Below, one piece after another: positions 56,748 to 64,000 of a DNA stretch of 64,000 nt. Position numbers and translations under genes: made by a program. The stretch comes from Prasinococcaceae sp. CCMP 1430 (taxonomy: Eukaryota > Plantae > Prasinodermophyta). The notes beneath the pieces were generated by a model. It ran no database searches. It was not told where the DNA came from and saw nothing but the letters and a program-made list of their open reading frames with translations. The stretch spans positions 333,911 through 397,910 of the forward strand of contig RQSC01000027.1 of the NCBI GenBank assembly GCA_013416795.1, read 5' to 3'. Each line of letters starts with the position of its first letter. The stretch's first letter is position 1.

Positions 56748-57790
56748 ATGGCCGGGGAGGGAAGCAGCGGCGGCGGCGCGGACGACCGGCCCGTGGCCGT
56801 CGTCACCGGCGCGGCGGGCGTGCTCGGCCGCGCAGCGGCCGCGGCGCTCGTCGATGGTGGTTACCGTGTGGCGGTGCGTCGCAGGCGCAAGCGGGGGCCC
56901 GCGCGCAGCGGGGGTGGCGGCGGCTGGGACGGGGGAAGGGTGGAGATGGCGCGTGCATCCGTGGGGCCGCGCATGCGCGTGAGCCTGCGACACATGCTGC
57001 GCGGGTAATGGGCGCCTCTCATGTTCCTGCGTCGTGGCGCTCCGTGCTGACATCAGAGGCGAGTGCGGCGATGCGACTACCCACCGCTGCGCGCCGCTGG
57101 GCGTGGCCGTGCGTTCTCGCGCGTGCTGTGTTGCAGATGGTCGACCTCTCCGCGGACGCGCTCTCAGCTGCGGCGAATGAGCTCGGGGCAGACCGTAGGC
57201 CGCACGTCAGGGGTGTGGCGCTCGATGTATCAGACGAAGGAGCCGTCAACTCCGCCATGGCGCAGCTGGCCGCGGAATGGGCCCCTCCGAGGGTGCTCTT
57301 GAACAACGCGGGGATCCTTAGCAACAATAAGAGCTCGGCGACAAGCGTCGACGAATTTGAGCGTGTGATGCGGGTCAATCTGACGGGGAGCTTCCTCATG
57401 GCCAAGGCTGTCCTTCCGGGCATGCGCGCTGCCAAGTGGGGTCGCATTATCAACACCAGCTCGCTTGCTGGCAAAAACGGTGGGCTGACGGCAGGAACGG
57501 CGTACAGCGTGAGCAAGGGCGCCATGAACACGCTCACGTGGAGCCTTGCGAACGAGAGCGCAAAGGACGGCGTCACGGTGAACGCCATCGCGCCCGCATA
57601 CGTCCGAACGCCCATGATCATGGAGCAGCTCACAGAAGCGCAGCGGCAGGAGACGCTCAAGAAGATACCTGTCGGGCGATTTTGCGAACCAGAGGAGTTT
57701 GCACACGCGGTCATGTTTCTGGCGAGCAAGCTCTCGGGATTCATCACGGGTGAGGTGTTGGACATGAACGGGGGCTTGCTAGTCGATTGA
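56748..57790 (+). CDS. Classical short-chain dehydrogenase/reductase (FabG-like); intron 56874-57136
   Basis: VAVVTGAAGVLG (TGxxxGxG), LNNAG, NTSS, YSVSK, VNAIAP, FITGEVLDMNGG. Confidence 0.92.
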
Positions 57791-58022
57791 CACTTCTTGA
57801 CACCCCGGGTCTGCCACTTCGCGCTGTGTGCTTCGTCGTGGATGCCCCTCGTGGACCGAGACAGCACCGGTCGGTCCTCGGCGATTGGCTCATGGCGTAG
57901 AGAGTGCGAATCCGCCTTCATAATTGCAGAGCTTACGTCTCACGTGGCGCGCGGATCCACGGCGAGCTTGACTTCTCGCGGTGCCCCTGTGAGGAGCTGC
58001 GCTACCAACGTGGCGTTGGTGA

Positions 58023-59510
58023 CTACTCGACGCCGAGTGCCGCACACGCTTGCTCCAACGGCCGCAGAGCCTCGGCCTTGACCTCCCATAGGCGGTCCTC
58101 GAGCATGCGATACTCGTACATGCGCCGGAGCCGCTCTGCTCCCTTGAAGGAGTGCAGGTGGAAGATCTCATCCAGCGGCGCACAGCAATTGGCCAGCTCG
58201 TGCGCCGGATTTATCCCTTCCCACATCCACTCCCTTGGGTGACCCCTCTCATCGCGGCCGTGTCGCGTCATCAGGTGGTCACGATATTGCATGATGAGCG
58301 ACTTCATGCGCCCGTCACTGTCCTCCGCGTTCTCGGCTGTAACATTAATCATTCCGAAGCAGATGGATGTAGCAATGTCCTCGCCGGGGCCAAGGCGGTC
58401 TATGCACGGCGATGTTAGGACTTCTGGGTTCCATGCCTGGCCCTTGGCCTCGGCCTCCTTCCGCGCCGTCTCTGTCCTCTCGACTATTCCCGCCAGCGCC
58501 TCCTCGACCAGTTTCTTGAAGGCGCCACGCGACATGATGAGCCCGTTACCGCTTATCATGCCACCAGGCAGGTGCTTGTGGCGAACGTGCCTGAGTGCGC
58601 GTCCCATGAAATGAGGCTCATCCGGGTCGTACTTGTTGTCTCGTAGGTGCTTGCGTATGTGGCTCGTAAAGAGGTACGAGTCGTCGTCTGCCTTGATGAA
58701 CCACTCTGGGACGCTCTCCCAGCCCCCTCCGCCCTCGCTAAGCGCGGGTGCGACGTAGAGATCATACACGCGAAGATAGAGCTGCCAGACCTTGCGCCAG
58801 AGAAAGCCCTCCTTCCAGCATTCCTCCCTTTGGCCGACACAGTCCCTCCCTGCTCCGGTCACGTTTATGGCAATGACCGGCGCCCTGGACATCGGGTACA
58901 GCGCGACGTTGGTCGCGCCGCGGTCATCGTATGGTTCGCCAGTGACAATCTCCTTCGGAGGCCTGACGTCGCTCGTCGGGTTGTCTGAGATAAGAAATGC
59001 TGCCTGGTCGCACGTGCGCAGCCAGCTCTCGAGCACCACGCGCATGTTCGGCTCCTGCTTGGGCCACGAGGTGAGCACCATGCAGAGGAGCGTAGGTGAG
59101 TGTGCGTCTCCCGGTGCGGGCGCACGGGCCGCGCGACGCGCCAATTCGAGCCCCTGCGCGCACGCTTGCCGCCCCGTGCCCATCCGAGCCAGCGCGTCAG
59201 CCGCGCTGTCCCAGACGCCCACGCCGCGCACCGCTGCCAGGGCACTTCTACCAGCAGAAGCCGCAACGCCCTCCTGGCCGTCGGCGAGCGTTCCCCCAGA
59301 CACGCCACTGGCATCGCCGCCCGAGGCAGTGCTCCTACCGAGCACTGCGAGGGTTGCGAACGCCGCTGCACATGCGGACGCGACGCCCACCGCCACCACG
59401 AGGGCACAGATTCCCACGAGTGCCCCCCATCGCACGGGCTGCCGTGAGAAAGGGTGCTGTGCGTCGGAGCCGCGCGATTGTCTCCGCGCCGCGTCCGGCG
59501 CGCCCACCAT
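58023..59510 (-). CDS. GT31 glycosyltransferase (C1GALT1/fringe-like), type II membrane protein; start may be further upstream
   Basis: TM ALVGICALVVAVGVASACAAAFATLAVL; WFIKADDDSY, PDEPHFMGR, ISGNGLIMSRGA, EDIATSIC, FHLH. Confidence 0.85.
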   Translation of the reverse strand: MVGAPDAARRQSRGSDAQHPFSRQPVRWGALVGICALVVAVGVASACAAAFATLAVLGRSTASGGDASGVSGGTLADGQEGVAASAGRSALAAVRGVGVWDSAADALARMGTGRQACAQGLELARRAARAPAPGDAHSPTLLCMVLTSWPKQEPNMRVVLESWLRTCDQAAFLISDNPTSDVRPPKEIVTGEPYDDRGATNVALYPMSRAPVIAINVTGAGRDCVGQREECWKEGFLWRKVWQLYLRVYDLYVAPALSEGGGGWESVPEWFIKADDDSYLFTSHIRKHLRDNKYDPDEPHFMGRALRHVRHKHLPGGMISGNGLIMSRGAFKKLVEEALAGIVERTETARKEAEAKGQAWNPEVLTSPCIDRLGPGEDIATSICFGMINVTAENAEDSDGRMKSLIMQYRDHLMTRHGRDERGHPREWMWEGINPAHELANCCAPLDEIFHLHSFKGAERLRRMYEYRMLEDRLWEVKAEALRPLEQACAALGVE

Positions 59511-60203
59511 CGATGCCGCGCGCGGCCGCGGGGCGGCGTGCGTGCGCGAGCGCCCTGGAGGGCCCGCGAGCGGGCGCGCGGGGTGAGGTGTGGGGGCCGC
59601 TGGCGACGCGGCGCGCGCGCGCTGTGGCTTGGCCCAGGCCATCTCCATGTCTGTCTCCGCGGTCAATGCCATTGACATTGACCGCTCACATTCCGAAAGT
59701 ACGATACGTGTAGGTCCCTGGCTAGAGCCGCTGGTGTTCGCGGGTGTTAAGATCGGCGCGCGCGCGGCGCTCGTGTTAAAATGCGGGCCCCACACCAAAA
59801 AAAAATTCAAACGGGCGCGGCGCGAGGATCGCCAAGGGAGCGCACCCGCAGCGCCGCGGAGTTCCGCGCATTTTTGGCATGCAATTCCGGGAAGCGCGCG
59901 CGCGCGACGCCGAATGCCTTTCGCTCACCATGGCCGGCGGCGGCCAATGCTGCAGGGGACGTCGCGCCTCTGCGGACTCGGCGCCACAGCGCGCGCCGCT
60001 GGCGCAGCACGCGCTGCTGCTGGCGCGGAGCAGCGGCCGGGAGGCTAGTCTGGCGCCGAGCGTTGTCGACGCGGGGCCGGGCGCCCTCCGCGCGCCGGGT
60101 GGGTGCCAGGCGGCCATTGCGCGCGGCTGACAGCGCGCAGGAATCGGCTGGAGCAAGCCAGGCTTAGCCAGCAGCTGAAAAGTGAGGACTTGAGGTGCGC
60201 GCG

Positions 60204-61607
60204 ATGTCTGCGAGGGGATCTAAGGGGGGGCGACGCGGGCGACGGCGCGTCGTGGCGAACACCGCCGTGGCGCTCACGTTCGTCGTCGCTGCCTGCGTTA
60301 CGCCAGCGGTGCGGTGCGCAGGGGAAGAGGTCGCGAGCGCCTGGTATGAACGGGCGCTCGCCGCAGGCATCAACGCTCTCACATCAGGGGGGAGGACGCC
60401 CCCAGCGAACGCCAGTTTGAACGCCGTTGAAGACGTCGACGAAGAAGTGGATGCCGATGACGCGCAGGTGGACACCGACGCTGTGCTAGATGAGGTCGGC
60501 AGCAGCCTCGTGCCGGGGCAGCGGGTATCGTTCGGCATCGCTGGCCCTCGCGTCATAGGCGCCGCTGCGGCGCATGAGTTCATGTTCAAGTTTCGACCAC
60601 GGCCGTGGCCGCCCCAGGAAGGCGACACCCCGAAGACGCCGCGCATTATGGCGCAGAAACCATCGACAAGACTTGGCAAGAAGGCGGTGCCCGCAATTGC
60701 CGGCATGTACAATACGGGCACGAACGCCGCGTTCGTGCAGCTCAACAAAAACTGCCAGCTGGCTCCCTGGCACTGGCAGATGGCGTCTGGAAAGCACGTG
60801 GCGCCCACCTGGACGCTCCCAGGGGTCGCTCCCGACGACTTTAAGGCCGAAGCGATGGCGTACTGGCGCCGCGTGAACTTTGGTGGCAAGGAAGTGAACC
60901 TGCCCGTCGTCATCGTGCGGCACCCGCTCATCTGGCTGCTGAAGAGCATGTGTCGCAAGCACTACGGGGCCACTCCGCTAGCCCACGATCCCAGCTTCGT
61001 GTTGCGCAACACGAGCGTCTGTGGAAACAGCATATACCGCAACCCGCTGCGAAGGGTTTTTGACCGAAAACAGGACGAGGCCTGCAAGGCCGACGACGCC
61101 CTCGACAGGCGTAGCAGAATGCTTGCGCGGCGGGAAGCGTTGGAGGGGAAGGGAAGCCGCTGCTTCTTTGGCCTCAATTACAAGGACCCCATCGACCTGT
61201 GGAATGATTGGTACAGCGCCTACACAGACTTGTATGACTCGGTCGATTTCCCCGTTGTCTTTATCCGGCATGAAGACCTTCTGTTGCACCCGTACGAGGT
61301 CACAGCGAAGCTGTGCTGGGCTTATCAGAACGTGTCTCTCGCTCCCGAGGAGTTCAAGCCAAACGAGCGGAACGTCAAGGTGAAGGTAGACGGCACAAAT
61401 GCGCAAGGACACAGGCCGATAACGGGCAAGGACGGCAAACCCGTGGCCGCCTCCTGGTACGCCCACCAAGTGCTTGATCCGTCCTACGTCTTCTCCGACC
61501 AATCGGGCGAGCGACTGTCGGAGGACGAGCTGAGCTACTTGGCCAGCCGCGTCAACCAGACGCTCATGGAGTTCTTTGGCTACTCGATGGCCAGGGAGGA
61601 GCGGTGA
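60204..61607 (+). CDS. Golgi-type sulfotransferase-like protein with N-terminal signal anchor
   Basis: 5'-PSB-like GMYNTGTN, 3'-PB-like VIVRHPLIWLLKSM, LWNDWY, FIRHEDLL. Confidence 0.7.
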   Translation: MSARGSKGGRRGRRRVVANTAVALTFVVAACVTPAVRCAGEEVASAWYERALAAGINALTSGGRTPPANASLNAVEDVDEEVDADDAQVDTDAVLDEVGSSLVPGQRVSFGIAGPRVIGAAAAHEFMFKFRPRPWPPQEGDTPKTPRIMAQKPSTRLGKKAVPAIAGMYNTGTNAAFVQLNKNCQLAPWHWQMASGKHVAPTWTLPGVAPDDFKAEAMAYWRRVNFGGKEVNLPVVIVRHPLIWLLKSMCRKHYGATPLAHDPSFVLRNTSVCGNSIYRNPLRRVFDRKQDEACKADDALDRRSRMLARREALEGKGSRCFFGLNYKDPIDLWNDWYSAYTDLYDSVDFPVVFIRHEDLLLHPYEVTAKLCWAYQNVSLAPEEFKPNERNVKVKVDGTNAQGHRPITGKDGKPVAASWYAHQVLDPSYVFSDQSGERLSEDELSYLASRVNQTLMEFFGYSMAREER

Positions 61608-61669
61608 GCGGTAGCTGGGCACAGGGGGCATAGGTGCAGGAGTAACAACGGTCTCGATTATTTTCCACA

Positions 61670-64000
61670 TCAGCAAAAATACCACACCGTGTCGCCTTCC
61701 TTGCCCCCGAGCGTGGCCACATTTTTCTCCAACTCGCCCATGCCGCTGGTCTCCGCCGCCCGCCGCGTGCCGACGGCGATCACGCATGGAGCCCTCGCCA
61801 GAGGATCACCGGGGGCGACTACAGGCGCCGAGCGCGGGCCTTGCAGAGCGTGATTCTCGTACTGTGGAAGCACTCAAGGGCAGCGAGCCGGGGTTCACGT
61901 CAGCGCAAGCTGCCCGCAGCTGACTCTGCGCGTCGCGGGGCGCACACGAGGGCGAACAGGGCACGCTTCAGCGAGCAACCAATGAAAATGCACAAGACGC
62001 ACCGTGGTGCCAATTCGGTTGGGCGCGATGTCGACGAATGCCCGGACCCTCCCGCGTGCCTCCGGGGAGAGTGCACCGAAGAGCTGGCGCCCGTCACGTC
62101 CGTTGCCCCAGATGACGAAACCACCATCCTCACGCCATGCCGGGCGCGAAAGCACTCGCCGCTCAAGCGCCGCCGCGCGCACAGCGAAGAGGCGTTGGCG
62201 CGACGTGCGGCTACTCGTCTGTGAGGGCGTCCAGCGGTACAGAAGGAGTGGTGAGCTCGTATCACCCACGCGCACCAGCGCCACGTCGTCCGCATGGCTC
62301 GCATCCGCAGGGACAGCAACATCGCCCGAATGCCCGCCGTCGCGGGGTACTAAAGCCACCGCTCTTGCCCTGCTCGGAGCACCGTTCTCTCCGTCGAAGC
62401 TCCCCAGGTGCCTGAGGAACCACTCGAGGTCCTCCGCCAGCGATTCCTGCAGACCGTCCTCTATGAAAGGCCCCGTCGCATCGAAGGTGGTGCGCGACAT
62501 GAACCACGTGGGCATCTGCACGGTGGTCTCCCGAAACTGCTGTAGCAGCATCTGCTCGCCGCTCAGGGTGTTGGCCCAGCGGGAGTAGTGCTCGGTGGCG
62601 TCCAGTGGCATGCGCTGCCAAGCGCAGCCGAGCAGCGCGCGGGGATGTGCTCGCGCCGCTTGCTCCTGCGCCGCAATGCGGCCCGGCATCATCACGTCGT
62701 CTGCATCGAGGAAGCACAGCAGCGTGCCGCTAGCATTTTCCACACAGCGATTCTTCGCGAAGCCGCAGCCCCGATTGGCTCCGGCGGAAGTGGTCTCGCT
62801 GCCGCTAACGACAGTGCCGATGCCACGCGCGCGCAGGTGCTCCGCCCATCGCTCGAGGATCGCGCGTGAGTCATCCGTCGAGGCGTCGTCGTACGCCGAG
62901 AGCTCAATGGGGCCCTCATAAGTCTGCGTGAGCAGACTCATGAGGCACTCATCGAGCCACTGGCTCGCGTTGTGCACAGGCAGGATCACTGACACGAGCG
63001 GCAGAGTCGCATCGGCTGGAGGTCGCGCCGGCAGCTCGTCGGGCAGAGCACTGATGGCTCGCGCGAGCGCGCCGATCACCCGACGTTCCGCCTCAGCTCG
63101 GGCGCATAGTGGCGCCACATCTGTGCTCCGTGGCTGCACAGCCTGCATCACCATGCCGTCCGATGCGTGCGTGGCGCCCCCAGTACCCGTGACTGCCCCA
63201 CCTTCGTCAGCCACTGCGCCGGCGACTCCGGCGGATTCAAACAAAGGATGGCCATGCCGGTCGAACGCCTCTTCTGTGATGCGCACCATGCCATTGGCCA
63301 TCAGTCTGGGCATCTCGCCGAGATTCTTTGTACCGCTATGCACCGCCAGTGGATGCAAGATCGCGACGTCGCCTGCACACCCAACTATCTGCTCGATCCG
63401 CTGCTCACCAGCGCACCTCGAGCTACCATCGGCTGCGCGCGCGTATCGCAGCGAGCCATCGACGATGCCTCGCAGCGTACGCTCCTGCGCCCATACGGAG
63501 AGCTGGTCGTGTGCCACACCAGCAGGACCTTCCTCGCAGAGGCGTGCTGCCACCCACTCATGCGAACGGGCCACCACCGCGGTGCCTCCTTCACCGGGCG
63601 CCCAGTCGCTCAGCAGCAGCAGCAGCACCGCGCCCTGATAGCGATGCCCCGCGGACGTGCGCCGCGCCGAAGTATCAAAACCTGGTCCGATGTCAACGTG
63701 CCAGCCGCGATGCTCCACACGGCGACGATTCACCGCAGTCCAGCACGCCTCGGCGCTCGACTCTGGCGCACTCTTCCCGACTCCCCTCGCGTCCGCGCCG
63801 CCGCTGTCAGTGCGTGTGGCCACGGCGCCCGCGCTGGTTATCCCCCTCGCTCCGGCCGTCTGATGGTCGGCCGTTGCTGCTTCGGCCTCAGCCGCGTCCA
63901 GGGCAGTGAGATGGGCGGCCCTGAGCAGTATCTGTCTAGTGGTGCGCGTCGAGTGTCGCTGGAATGCAGAGGCGAGTTTGTTGGGAGCGTGCTGGCCGCC
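61670..64000 (-). CDS. B3GNTL1: PhyH-like 2OG-Fe(II) dioxygenase fused to a B3GNTL1/QTGAL-like GT2 glycosyltransferase; 5' end outside the window; intron 62002-61862
   Basis: WHVD, LLLLSD..PGEGGT.V...SH, GDVAILHPLAVHSG...R; VSVILPVHNA..WLDECL, G.GFAKN, LCFLDADDVMMPGRI, TEHYSRWAN, VQMPTWF, IWGNGRDGR; last exon ends EGDTVWYFC*. Confidence 0.88.

Noticed and set aside
11442-62002. Introner elements (many introns start GTGCG)
   Set aside because: The introns share only the donor consensus; their bodies are not similar to each other.
1-64000. CRISPR array, rRNA or tRNA genes
   Set aside because: No repeat-spacer series, no rRNA signatures and no cloverleaf recognised. The repeats present are two-copy or inverted.

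Overview
Eukaryotic nuclear DNA, very GC-rich, from a green-lineage alga. The evidence is a nuclear-encoded plastid ClpC with a transit-peptide end, plant-type TOM5 and PGR/TMEM19, flagellar genes and short introns with GTGCG-type donors. This fits a prasinophyte-like alga, but the species cannot be determined from the sequence. The window is gene-dense: about 30 protein-coding genes, few introns, three N-gaps, a near-identical ~1.7-1.9 kb tandem duplication beside the gaps, and several single-base frameshifts that suggest assembly indels. No rRNA, tRNA or CRISPR array was found. Gene order: ClpC, NIPSNAP, Pus3-like fragment, A20/AN1 zinc finger, UBZ-AlkB dioxygenase, CFAP36, RPS20, orphan, RPRD1/CID, TMEM19/PGR, degenerate P4H, TPR-PRMT, NAA25, TSR2, orphan, NOP2, RPL17, CSN2, orphan, TOM5, GAS8/DRC4, a MITE, a bacterial-type acyl-CoA dehydrogenase fragment, WDR35/IFT121, HSP10, CAAX/CPBP protease, Notum/PAE-ABCG fusion, orphan, SAM protein, SDR, GT31, sulfotransferase-like, PhyH-QTGAL(B3GNTL1) fusion. 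The most notable observations are: (1) an extracellular Notum/pectin-acetylesterase domain fused to an ABCG half-transporter; (2) TSR2 running into NAA25 with no stop or start at the junction; (3) a PhyH dioxygenase fused to a queuosine-tRNA galactosyltransferase homologue; (4) a PRMT9-like enzyme whose intact module is the second one; (5) a TA-flanked 494-bp foldback MITE next to a bacterial gene fragment. All protein identifications come from motif recognition by eye; no database search was run.
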